In this document: positions 10,264-18,784 of the stretch, piece after piece | Layout of the letters: every line of letters starts with the position of its first letter | How positions within the stretch are numbered: position 1 is the stretch's first letter | Assembly (NCBI GenBank): GCA_050253075.1 | Contig: JBFWJS010000009.1 | Coordinates: forward strand, 1 to 51,535 | Direction: 5' to 3' | Length of the DNA stretch: 51,535 bases | Source of the DNA: Deferribacterales bacterium | Lineage (GTDB): Bacteria > Chrysiogenota > Deferribacteres > Deferribacterales > Geovibrionaceae | Made by a program: the position numbers and the translations under genes | Notes under the pieces: generated by a model | The model's database searches: none | Seen by the model: only the letters and a program-made list of their open reading frames with translations | What the model was told of the DNA's origin: nothing

Positions 10264-11048
10264 TATGCACCTACCTTTGCGCAGAGGGTGTCTATTGCGC
10301 ACACAAACTCTGCTTCGGGTGTCATAGGTTTCACACCACTATTAGAATGATGGCTGAGTACGATATTCATTAGCTTCACTCTAGCCTCTTCCTCAATAAA
10401 GATCACTTTTTTTGCAATTCTATCCACAATCTCACAAGACATGTGTATATGGCCGAAGTTTCTTCCTGTTTGATTAAGACAAAAACCCGACTCTAACTCA
10501 TCATAACAATATGCTTTGCCAATATCATGCAGGAAGAGTCCGGTAAGCAACATCGCTCTGCTTACTACACGTGGCAATGTCTCAGCCTCAAGGAGTTTAA
10601 GACCAAATTCCATAGAATTGACCGTATGGACCAGTAGACCACCCATGTATGCATGATGGCTTGTAATACTCGCAGGAGCAGTGCAGAACTTCTTCATAAA
10701 GTCAGCATCATGTATAAGCATCTCGAAGTAACAGATGCAGCTTGTTTCATCTACTAGCTTGTACAACTCTATAAGTTTATCTTTATATACCCTATACAAG
10801 TCATTGATGTTCATGCGCATACTACATACCTTGATAAACTTTCTGTCGTTTCTTGTCAGGCGAACCCCGTCAATACTGACCTCTTCATATTTAGTAAGCA
10901 GGTGCATGTGTTCATCCACACGCTCGTAGCAGTATGCAATCTCTGTTCCCTGGTTGCCACAGACAGCAATCTTTAGGTATGAGTGACCATTAGAATTATA
11001 CAGCTTCTCATAGTATGTTACTGTGAAATCACCTAAATACGCATTCAT
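10263..11048 (-). CDS. HD-domain hydrolase, YhaM/CBF1-like 3'-5' exonuclease family
   Basis: APAS..HHAYMGGLLVHT, LHDIGK, GHI, LSHH, P.TPEA motifs; RBS GAGGTG. Confidence 0.85.
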   Translation of the reverse strand: MNAYLGDFTVTYYEKLYNSNGHSYLKIAVCGNQGTEIAYCYERVDEHMHLLTKYEEVSIDGVRLTRNDRKFIKVCSMRMNINDLYRVYKDKLIELYKLVDETSCICYFEMLIHDADFMKKFCTAPASITSHHAYMGGLLVHTVNSMEFGLKLLEAETLPRVVSRAMLLTGLFLHDIGKAYCYDELESGFCLNQTGRNFGHIHMSCEIVDRIAKKVIFIEEEARVKLMNIVLSHHSNSGVKPMTPEAEFVCAIDTLCAKVGA

Positions 11049-11164
11049 TCACCACCTCTCGATATTGTTTATTTTAATTATGTTCTATTTAAACAATATC
11101 ATTTATTTTGAACATGTCAACAAAAGAAATTGATTTTTGAATAACGTAAAAGTATGCTTTAAGC

Positions 11165-11362
11165 ATGGAAGTCAAACTGAAACCCGAATACCTTGAAGAA
11201 ATTAAGAAAAAACACACTACATACACGCTTGGTCGCCTCCTAAGCAACAATCAAGCTGTGCGTCTCTTCAAAGGTGAAGCCAACATCACTCTCAAAACCT
11301 TATACAAACTATCCCAAGATATGGGATGGGAATTTCCAGAACAATTCTACATAGACAAATAA
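11165..11362 (+). CDS. Small Cro/HTH-like protein
   Basis: 65 aa, GEANITLKTLYKLSQDMG resembles the C-terminal helix of XRE proteins; divergent from the HD gene. Confidence 0.5.
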   Translation: MEVKLKPEYLEEIKKKHTTYTLGRLLSNNQAVRLFKGEANITLKTLYKLSQDMGWEFPEQFYIDK

Positions 11363-11382
11363 GTTTTAACACACAATATATA

Positions 11383-11490
11383 TAAGAATATATTCTTTTT
11401 ATCATAAGAACTATTTCTTATGTTTTGTAAGAAATAGGTATTATTTATATAAGAATTTATTCTTATAAACCGTAAGAATAATTATCACGT
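11383..11490. repeat. Iteron-like array of five TAAGAA(-N4-TTCTTA) units
   Basis: TAAGAA starts at 11383, 11405, 11428, 11450 and 11473; followed by a very AT-rich tract. Confidence 0.65.
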
Positions 11491-11636
11491 TATTATATAC
11501 TATGTATCTTTTTCTTTTTTATTACTTTTTCAATTTATAAAAAGTATAAATCTCAATTTTAATTTTTTGCTGAATTTTTATTGACTAGTATAAATATAAT
11601 ACTAAAATTAATTAATGAACATAACAGGAGTACTGC

Positions 11637-12152
11637 ATGCTTTTGAGAGATGCGATAAAGAAGGTAATTAAAGACGCGAAGCTTGATGAAGAGGAAAAGT
11701 TATATAAAATCATGCATCTTATCGACTACGATGAAGAAATGTATAAAGCCCATAAACCATATTTTGACGTACCTAAATCAATAATATATTTTTTACTTGA
11801 AAATAATAATATAAGTGTAGATCCTAAAGATACTTTTTCAATGGAGAAACTAAGAACTGTAGAGTTATTATTAAGCCATCCAAAAGTACTCGAACCAGTA
11901 TTCAAAAAAATCAAACCAGAAAAGCGTAAGATATTAACAAATCATAATAATAAACCAAAATGGGAACGTCACATATACACTAGGTTTGCTAACATCGCCC
12001 CTGAGGAAACACTATATTACAAACATATTGAAAAGGAAGTAGAAGACTTTTATAATTTCCATCATATCCCATCTATAAAGAAAGCATTCCATAATGCCAG
12101 AGACTTACACTACAAAAGGCGCAAAAAGTTCTTAGCCAAAAAAGAGCTTTGA
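11637..12152 (+). CDS. Hypothetical protein
   Basis: 171-aa ORF with AGGAG RBS and an upstream TTGACT..TATAAT promoter-like sequence. Confidence 0.65.
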   Translation: MLLRDAIKKVIKDAKLDEEEKLYKIMHLIDYDEEMYKAHKPYFDVPKSIIYFLLENNNISVDPKDTFSMEKLRTVELLLSHPKVLEPVFKKIKPEKRKILTNHNNKPKWERHIYTRFANIAPEETLYYKHIEKEVEDFYNFHHIPSIKKAFHNARDLHYKRRKKFLAKKEL

Positions 12153-13361
12153 TATTTTGGTAACCCTATCACTAATTAGCGAGCATATTTTGAATGATAT
12201 TTCATTTGAAGGATGCCTATATATATAAGCCCCTTTAATCATCTCTGAAAGCTGAGCAACGTATTTCTTCAGAGACGTATATCTTATATCAACATCACCA
12301 CATAGCTGTTTCCAGTTGTCTATTGTTACATTATCAGGGTTAAGCTCGCCGCCGACAGACATAGCCAGTTTTTTAGATATGCCGCTGTAAATCGAAGTGC
12401 AAACTAAATCATAAAATGGAGCTAACTGTGGACGCCCTTTCATCTCTGGCGGATAGAGCAGTGAAATATTCTTAGCGTGTGCGTCAGCATTGCCTATAAG
12501 AAAGTTGAAGATAAACCACCTGATAAGCAATATTTTATCCGCTGCCGGCCTACTTGACACATCAGCGATTAGTTTGACGCAATCTGAAAAGCTAGGACCG
12601 CTGTCTGACTCGTATTTTACGTGATAGGCATACCCAAGAGCCTGACAGAAGTCTTCTTGATGCAGACGGCAGATTTTGCCTTCATTTAAATATCTGTCAT
12701 ACCTCTCTATGAAAAGAGCTGACACCTGCCCTACTTTCCTGATCTCAGTATTGCAGACTGGAAGTCCGCAAGCTTCTGCCAGTTTATTACAGAAAAGCTC
12801 ATTTGCTGGCAAGCCTTCAAACTTAGGGCTGAATGGTTTGACTATATGAGTACTTGGCGAGTTACCGAGCGGTAGGTATAATTTTTTATTTTCAATCTTG
12901 ATTGAGGTCTTGGCCTGAGCACCTGCCAGAGAGAGACGATACATGTCATTGTCTTCCGCTGGAGATGTTTGATCAAGCTTTTCAATCAGCTTGAGAATAT
13001 CTTTTTCATTGAGGAGTTCATATTTATTATCAGTATCTTTAAGATCAGAATCAGAGGTAATTACGATTGCTCCGGCACATTCTCCGCCGAAACGCTTGAG
13101 GAGCCCGAACACATTTTCAGATGATATTTTGGTGACTCTGGAGATTATCTTTCTCTGCTCACCTTCAGGAAGAAGGTTTTCAAAGAATATACGAGCCTCA
13201 GTCCCTTCGAACAGTTTTTCATTTACAGGCAAAATGAGCGACAGACCATTAAGGCTGTAAGCTTCGTCATACTCAAATAGCATATCAACGCCAGTATTAA
13301 TAAGGTTTCCGGCTTTGATATATTCCCCTTTTACTTCAATGAAAACGTTAATAGATTCCAT
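12132..13361 (-). CDS. hipA: HipA-family toxin kinase with N-terminal coupled domain
   Basis: FFENLLPEG, LSLAGAQAK, THIVKP, ERYDR, HQEDFCQALG, GNADAHAKNISL, LAPFYDL. Confidence 0.95.
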   Translation of the reverse strand: MESINVFIEVKGEYIKAGNLINTGVDMLFEYDEAYSLNGLSLILPVNEKLFEGTEARIFFENLLPEGEQRKIISRVTKISSENVFGLLKRFGGECAGAIVITSDSDLKDTDNKYELLNEKDILKLIEKLDQTSPAEDNDMYRLSLAGAQAKTSIKIENKKLYLPLGNSPSTHIVKPFSPKFEGLPANELFCNKLAEACGLPVCNTEIRKVGQVSALFIERYDRYLNEGKICRLHQEDFCQALGYAYHVKYESDSGPSFSDCVKLIADVSSRPAADKILLIRWFIFNFLIGNADAHAKNISLLYPPEMKGRPQLAPFYDLVCTSIYSGISKKLAMSVGGELNPDNVTIDNWKQLCGDVDIRYTSLKKYVAQLSEMIKGAYIYRHPSNEISFKICSLISDRVTKISKLFFG

Positions 13362-13573
13362 TATTCATCACCAACGTAAATGGAGAGTCCTGCATATTTG
13401 AGCAGTTTGATCACTTTACCAATCTGTGCAGTAGGTTTGCCACGCTCCACCTCGGAGACTATGCGGTTCCCTACCCCTACTGCCTCAGCAAATTCTTTCT
13501 GGTTAAGCCCCTGCTCTTCCCTCTTTTGCCTGAGCAGTTGCCCTATTTCTTCAATATCTGATATTTTCTTCAT
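13361..13573 (-). CDS. hipB: HipB-like XRE antitoxin
   Basis: HTH protein (LNQKEFAEAVGVG...EVERGKPTAQIGKV) coupled to hipA through TAATG. Confidence 0.85.
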   Translation of the reverse strand: MKKISDIEEIGQLLRQKREEQGLNQKEFAEAVGVGNRIVSEVERGKPTAQIGKVIKLLKYAGLSIYVGDE

Positions 13574-13576
13574 ATG

Positions 13577-13643
13577 AGTTACCCTACAGTAACTATAATA
13601 TCAGAATTTTGAAAATCAAGCATTTAATTACCGAAAGGTAACT
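13577..13643. promoter_or_regulatory. Two palindromic operators upstream of hipBA
   Basis: AGTTAC-CCTACA-GTAACT (13577-13594) and TTAC-CGAAAG-GTAA (13628-13641). Confidence 0.6.
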
Positions 13644-13772
13644 ATTCTATTTCATAAATAAGTGACGCGCCCCAAATTCCATAGCTTGAAAACTATAGAA
13701 TATATTGCATTATCTGTGACATTTAAATTTTTTTAGTATAATGTATAATAAATTAATAATTTTGGATTCTTA

Positions 13773-14366
13773 ATGAGTAAAGTGCTTAAAATCTACTCTC
13801 CTTTATTGTTTTCTTTATTAGCATTAATTGTTTCAATTAAAAGTTGCGATACTGCTGATAAAAGTTACGAATTATCTAAACAACAGTATATAAACTCAAC
13901 AACAACCATATAGAGTGCCACTGTTGACAGCAACAACTCTTTAAATATTAGGCCATTAAACGATAAAATAGTTATACAAGACATTGCAGTTTTTTATCCT
14001 AATGAAGTCTCTGATAATAAATGGGAAATATATGCACCAGACTATAAACTACCATTGGTGATGCCATTGTTCCAGATAAAACATTTAATCGCTAACGAGC
14101 TAAAACCAAGTTCTGGTTTTATCAATTACGCTCCTGAGATCGAAATACCTATTATAATTGAATCATATTATTCATTTAATGGTTTAAACCAGTATGACAA
14201 GTCTTTGTACGTTCTCGATATGGATGCTGTAATATCAGATAACCGCACGAAACCAAAAGTAACGGTTAATGGAATAAAATTTATTGAAAAACTACCTTTA
14301 CAAACAAGTATTCAAACATACTTGGACGATCTTTGGACTAAAAGAAACATAGAATATTCAAACTGA
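13773..14366 (+). pseudogene. Membrane-anchored hypothetical protein with one in-frame TAG
   Basis: MSKVLKIYSPLLFSLLALIVSIKSC... is in frame with ORF 14055-14366; single stop at 13911-13913. Confidence 0.65.
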
Positions 14367-14422
14367 AATGAGGCTAACCTCATCTTGCCTAAATTTGACA
14401 CCTCAACTAAACATCTGATTAA

Positions 14423-14590
14423 TCAAATAATATTATAACTGTTCACTATTAACTACTTAACTTGTTCAAAATTATCATGGCTATTAATTATGATGTCAAT
14501 ATTACATGGGCCGAAATATCCTATGTTGCTTACATCTCTTACTAGATCTTCATGCAAATTGACTTCTTGTAGAACGCTTATATTCAATTA
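14423..14590 (-). pseudogene. Remnant of a DUF5655-like domain
   Basis: Reads EVNLHEDLVRDVSNIGYFGPCNIDIIINSHDNFEQVK*LIVNSY, resembling the RDV.NIGH.G.GD.E...I..SY motif of DUF5655. Confidence 0.5.
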
Positions 14591-14818
14591 TTACTGATTA
14601 GCCATTGTTGCGCACTCAGGACAAACCTCTGTATTTCTATTCGCCTTTTATCACCTCACGAACTCATAAAATTTATATAGGAACCCAGCCGCCAGTATCC
14701 TCAGCAGCCAGAACGTCATGCTCTTAAAACCTCTTTATGTCAAACCTTCACAAGAGGGTGGAAAAAAGAGGGAAATATTTATATTATGACTGTGAAACAA
14801 CTTTCTAAGAGGTGAAAC

Positions 14819-15202
14819 ATGTCTAACGAAATAGCTATGCTCCTGGCTGCGCTTATCGGTGGAGCAACAGGAATTGTTGGACAAGCTTGGATTTTATTTC
14901 TTAATAGAAAAAAAGAACTCAAACATCTGACATATGATAAAAAATACATTCTCTACAACGAGATAATAAATAAGCTTCTGGAATTTGCAGGAAAAGCAAA
15001 TGCAAAAAGAGATGCAGGAGAAGACCATGAAATAGTTGCGGATGAACTTCTGTTTTATCGTATTCAGAATCGTATTTTGATGTCTCCAAAGATAGATAAG
15101 CAAATATGAGATATGATTTACAAACTCAGAAACGGTGAAATAACCCTTTATGATATTGGCGAACTGACCAAAGCTCTTAAAAAGGATTTGCAAATAAAAT
15201 AA
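14819..15202 (+). pseudogene. Array gene 1: single-TM protein with an in-frame TGA at 15107
   Basis: After the TGA the frame continues DMIYKLRNGEITLYDIGELTKALKKDLQIK*, matching the C-termini of the paralogs. Confidence 0.75.
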
Positions 15203-15243
15203 CCCCACCCCCGCAACCACATATTAAAACAAGGAGACCTAAT

Positions 15244-15657
15244 ATGACAGAAGCACTTTTTGGAGGATTGGTAGGAGCTGTAATTGCCAGCTTTATAACA
15301 GCATGGCTGCAAAACCTTATCAACATTAAGAATGAAAAACGTCATGCTTTACGTGAATATTATGCAGTACTTAGCCAATGGCACACAGCACACCTCGAGA
15401 ATCAATACCAGAAATACAAAGAAATCAGCCAAAAAGAGAGCGATACTTTCGGCAGATCTGCATACTTGCTTAAAATGAACATAGTTGAAAACATCGTAAG
15501 ATATAAAGTTTTGTTGTATAGCTACCAACATATAAATGAAGGCAAAACAGTTGTTTACAAGAGAAGCAAAGAAGAGGTCCTTAGTGAAACATTTAATGAA
15601 ATAGAAGAAATATTCCATGAAATACACACCTATTTCGAAAGGTGTCTGAATAAATAA
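15244..15657 (+). CDS. Array gene 2: single-TM hypothetical protein
   Basis: AAGGAG RBS; N-terminal LFGGLVGAVIASFITAWL. Confidence 0.75.
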   Translation: MTEALFGGLVGAVIASFITAWLQNLINIKNEKRHALREYYAVLSQWHTAHLENQYQKYKEISQKESDTFGRSAYLLKMNIVENIVRYKVLLYSYQHINEGKTVVYKRSKEEVLSETFNEIEEIFHEIHTYFERCLNK

Positions 15658-15698
15658 CCTCATATAAGCACCACCCGATAAATGAAAGGAGATAAAAC

Positions 15699-16175
15699 AT
15701 GAGCGACCCACATACATTTACTATTAAACTGCTTCAAGACGGAATAAATCCTATCTGGCTGATTATAATAAGTGCAGCTATAGGTACTTTTGCTGGTATA
15801 ATCGGACAAATGCTTATGGCTCACTTGAATCACAAAAGAGACCTTGAAAAAATTTCATACGAAGCAAAATGCCAGCTTTACACAAAAATTATTGAAACAG
15901 TAAAAAAATATCAAAATGAAATAACTGAAGCTGAATACGAGTATGACCAAGGATATAGAGAGGACCTTATAATAGACCATGAGCATGGCACGTACATGCA
16001 TGAACAGAAATCTTATGAACTTAAACACTTTATAACGCTTAACAGAATACTTATATCAAAGAAAGTCATAATAGAACTCGAAAGCATGACAGAGAAGTTT
16101 TACTTCAATAAAGTCACTAATCAATCTATCGAAGAACTTGCAAAAGAACTTAAAGAAGACCTCGGTATTAATTAG
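15699..16175 (+). CDS. Array gene 3: single-TM hypothetical protein
   Basis: AAGGAG RBS; TM helix then LNHKRDLEK; ends LKEDLGIN. Confidence 0.8.
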   Translation: MSDPHTFTIKLLQDGINPIWLIIISAAIGTFAGIIGQMLMAHLNHKRDLEKISYEAKCQLYTKIIETVKKYQNEITEAEYEYDQGYREDLIIDHEHGTYMHEQKSYELKHFITLNRILISKKVIIELESMTEKFYFNKVTNQSIEELAKELKEDLGIN

Positions 16176-16215
16176 CCTCATCCCCGCACCACCTATAATT
16201 AAAAGGAGATACAGA

Positions 16216-16677
16216 ATGACTGATACAATCTGGGCGGCGATCATAGCCTCTGGAACAACCGTTCTCGGTCTTATAGCTGGCTATATAGGACAAGCAATTA
16301 ACGCTAGAATCAACCATAAGAGAGAGCTTGAAAAGCTGGCATTTGAAAAGAAATATACCGTATACAATGAACTCATAAAAATGGCTATTAAGTACTACAA
16401 TGAAATGATATATATAAATTCTGAAGAGGCTCGTGAATATGACGATACTCCTTTCATATACGATCATGACCCTGAAACTGGTGATACAACCTACGTTCAT
16501 GAGGTTCGATGTAAAACCCTTGAACAATTCCTTGATGCAAATTACATGATCATACCTAAAGAAATACATAATAAAATAAACGATATTATTAATAAGCTTA
16601 GTGATATCACGCTTAAAGAAGCTGACGTTCACTCGCTCATTCACGCATTAAAAACAGATATAGGTATAAAAATATAA
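16216..16677 (+). CDS. Array gene 4: single-TM hypothetical protein
   Basis: AAGGAG RBS before ATG 16216; TM helix then INHKRELEK; ends LKTDIGIKI. Confidence 0.8.
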   Translation: MTDTIWAAIIASGTTVLGLIAGYIGQAINARINHKRELEKLAFEKKYTVYNELIKMAIKYYNEMIYINSEEAREYDDTPFIYDHDPETGDTTYVHEVRCKTLEQFLDANYMIIPKEIHNKINDIINKLSDITLKEADVHSLIHALKTDIGIKI

Positions 16678-16718
16678 CCTCATTCCAGCACCACCTGATA
16701 ATTAAAAGGAGTAACACT

Positions 16719-17201
16719 ATGGCAGCAGAACAGATCGCACAAACAGCTTCTCAAACACCACTCTGGATGTTCTTTTTTAGCACTCTCGGCGGAACAATAG
16801 CAGGAGGTTTTATAACTATTTCCGGCAATCTGTTTATAGAAAAAAGGAAGACTAAAATCGATGAAAATAAAGCCCTCAAAGAGACTCTGATCAACTTCAA
16901 AAAAATCCTTGTAAACAAGACACGTGATGCATTGCGTCACGAGGCAAATTGCCCATGTTGCAACGTCATAGATAGAATTGATGAAACAATAAACGAATTC
17001 ATGTACATATCGCACGTTATATATAAATTTGAATGCAGTAAAACAGTCCATAACTACGTTAGCCTGCTCATACAATATGCAAAGGTGCTTGATAAGTCCC
17101 CTGAAGACTCCTCGAAGATAAATGAACTTAAACTCAGTATACAAAGTGATCTTAATGAAGTTACATATGCAATCGATAAAGATATATTCAAGATCAAATA
17201 A
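16719..17201 (+). CDS. Array gene 5: single-TM hypothetical protein
   Basis: AAGGAG RBS; LWMFFFSTLGGTIAGGFITISGNLFI. Confidence 0.75.
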   Translation: MAAEQIAQTASQTPLWMFFFSTLGGTIAGGFITISGNLFIEKRKTKIDENKALKETLINFKKILVNKTRDALRHEANCPCCNVIDRIDETINEFMYISHVIYKFECSKTVHNYVSLLIQYAKVLDKSPEDSSKINELKLSIQSDLNEVTYAIDKDIFKIK

Positions 17202-17408
17202 TCTCATGCGTGTGACACCAAACCATTAAGGCTGGAACCTATAGAGCCAAATACCACAGCGGAGTGTTCATCGATGATAGCCTGTTTAATCAGCGCAGCA
17301 TCTTCCAGCGCCCCATAAACCTCGTATGGTAGTTGAACACATACGACGTTTACACACTTTATATACAGGCTCAAATGGGACAGCAAATATCGGAGCAACT
17401 TTCTATTA

Positions 17409-17428
17409 GACGGTATTTTTGGCGGTAC
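17409..17428. repeat. Putative integrase arm-type sites (right end)
   Basis: GACGGTAT at 17409-17416 and GGCGGTAC at 17421-17428, with the same 12-bp spacing as the left pair. Confidence 0.6.
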
Positions 17429-17483
17429 TTTCTAAATTTACAATTTCACTAACTATTGTATATAAATAATTTATAATATCTTA

Positions 17484-17499
17484 TCGATTCCTGCCTTCG
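17484..17499 (+). repeat. att core direct repeat (distal copy of the tRNA-Leu 3' end)
   Basis: 15/16 identity to bases 36-51. Confidence 0.8.
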
Positions 17500-17570
17500 A
17501 ATCGTCCCTAGAATTATAGACGCTTCTGGGTTATAAACGACAATCACCTAAGGAGTATTAAGCAAAACGT

Positions 17571-18269
17571 ATGATAGTCAAATATGGTAATTCTGAAATT
17601 GAGTTTACCCACATCATAAACCCAAAGCTCAAAAGGATGTCCATCAGCATTGATGCCGAGAACAGGGTTGTTGTCAAAACACCAAAGGTATCATCAGCAG
17701 CGGTATTAGAGTTAGTATACCGAAAGGCAGACTGGATACTAAAAAAACAAGCCACAGCAAAAGAGAGTCTGAGCGACTTAAAACTTGAGACAGGTGCAAG
17801 CCTGCCATTCCTAGGCAACAGTTATTGCCTTAAACTTGAAGAAGATAAAACCATGGGCGTGGGGCTGGCTTCTCTATCTTTCAGTAATTCCTCATTCACA
17901 TTAAAGTATAATCCTTACTTGATGAAAAAAGAATATATGCACAAAGCTCTTGATGACTTTTATAAATCACAAGCTAAAGAACACATAACAACCGTGGCGG
18001 TTTACTGGGCAGATATAATGAAGGTCAGATACTCAAAAATAACCTTTAAAAAGACCTCCAGCAGATGGGGCAGCTGTTCATCTAAAGGTAATATAATGTT
18101 TAATTATGAACTGATAAAACTGCCGATAGAGTGTATTGAATATATCGTTGTCCACGAGCTCGCCCATTTAAGACACCTCAACCACAGCAAAGATTTCTGG
18201 AAACTTGTTGAAGAATACCTTCCAAACTATAAAGAACAAAGGGATAGAATGCGCAGTTTCAGACTGTAA
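17571..18269 (+). CDS. YgjP/DUF45-family zinc metallopeptidase-like protein
   Basis: SRWGSCS, EYIVVHELAHLRHLNHSKDFW. Confidence 0.9.
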   Translation: MIVKYGNSEIEFTHIINPKLKRMSISIDAENRVVVKTPKVSSAAVLELVYRKADWILKKQATAKESLSDLKLETGASLPFLGNSYCLKLEEDKTMGVGLASLSFSNSSFTLKYNPYLMKKEYMHKALDDFYKSQAKEHITTVAVYWADIMKVRYSKITFKKTSSRWGSCSSKGNIMFNYELIKLPIECIEYIVVHELAHLRHLNHSKDFWKLVEEYLPNYKEQRDRMRSFRL

Positions 18270-18340
18270 GCACTACTCATCCGCCATTGACCTCTGGGGT
18301 GAAATGCCATAGATTAAACTTATGTTATTAAGGAGATAAG

Positions 18341-18778
18341 ATGAAAACACTGAACATAGCACTAGTAGCCCACGACCACAGAAAGCCCGATCTGCTCTCC
18401 TGGCTGGAGTTTAACCACGGATCGCTGAAAAAGCACAAGCTATACACCACAGGCACAACGGGAAAGATGATAATGGAAAAGCTGGATGATCTGGATGTGA
18501 CGGCTCTGCTCTCCGGTCCGCTCGGGGGCGATCAGCAGATAGGTGCTATGATAGCGCAGGATAAGATAGACATGCTGATATTCTTTTGGGACCCGATGAC
18601 ACCCCAGCCCCACGAACCCGATGTAAGGGCTCTGCTCCGTCTGGCTGTGCTGAAAAACATAACAATAGCGGAAAACCGCAACACGGCAGACCACATAATC
18701 AGCAGTACGCTCTTCGCCGATAAAGAATACGAGCCGATAAAAAAGAACTACTCGAAATACCTGAACAGAGGGATATAA
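18341..18778 (+). CDS. mgsA: Methylglyoxal synthase
   Basis: IALVAHD..K, TGTTG, SGPLGGDQQIG, FFWDP...PHEPDV.ALLRLA. Confidence 0.95.
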   Translation: MKTLNIALVAHDHRKPDLLSWLEFNHGSLKKHKLYTTGTTGKMIMEKLDDLDVTALLSGPLGGDQQIGAMIAQDKIDMLIFFWDPMTPQPHEPDVRALLRLAVLKNITIAENRNTADHIISSTLFADKEYEPIKKNYSKYLNRGI

Positions 18779-18784
18779 AGCTCC

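Larger units (their letters stand above)
15200..16721 (+). repeat. Four copies of a conserved 40-41-bp intergenic spacer
   Basis: At 15203-15243, 15658-15698, 16176-16215 and 16678-16718; consensus stop-CCTCAT-N4-GCACCACC..ATAATTAAAAGGAG-N7-8-ATG. Confidence 0.85.
36..17499. mobile_element. tRNA-Leu-integrated genomic island (P4-like integrase; defence/TA cargo)
   Basis: Integrase directly after the tRNA; TCGATTCCCGCCTTCG (36-51) recurs as TCGATTCCTGCCTTCG (17484-17499); AT-rich accessory content between them. Confidence 0.85.

Noticed and set aside
9483..15109. Stop-codon reassignment or selenocysteine explaining the in-frame stops
   Set aside because: TAA, TAG and TGA all occur as interruptions and all three also terminate intact island genes; no SECIS-like hairpin was evident.
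16138..16215. Longer start for array gene 4
   Set aside because: It overlaps gene 3 and the spacer; the AAGGAG RBS points to ATG 16216.
15200..16721. Spacers as integron attC sites or CRISPR repeats
   Set aside because: Stops followed by C (TAAC) mimic the attC inverse core, but there is no GTTRRRY end, no palindromic hairpin and no integron integrase, and 41 bp is short for attC. The intervening sequences are whole genes rather than CRISPR spacers, and there are no cas genes.
14894..17207. Minus-strand ORFs mirroring each array gene
   Set aside because: These are antisense shadows; the RBSs and paralogy support the plus strand.
17204..17398. 64-aa minus-strand ORF near the island end
   Set aside because: No recognisable motif or RBS; possibly a gene remnant but unsupported.
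17571..18269. YgjP-like gene as part of the island
   Set aside because: It lies outside the att repeat at 17484-17499.
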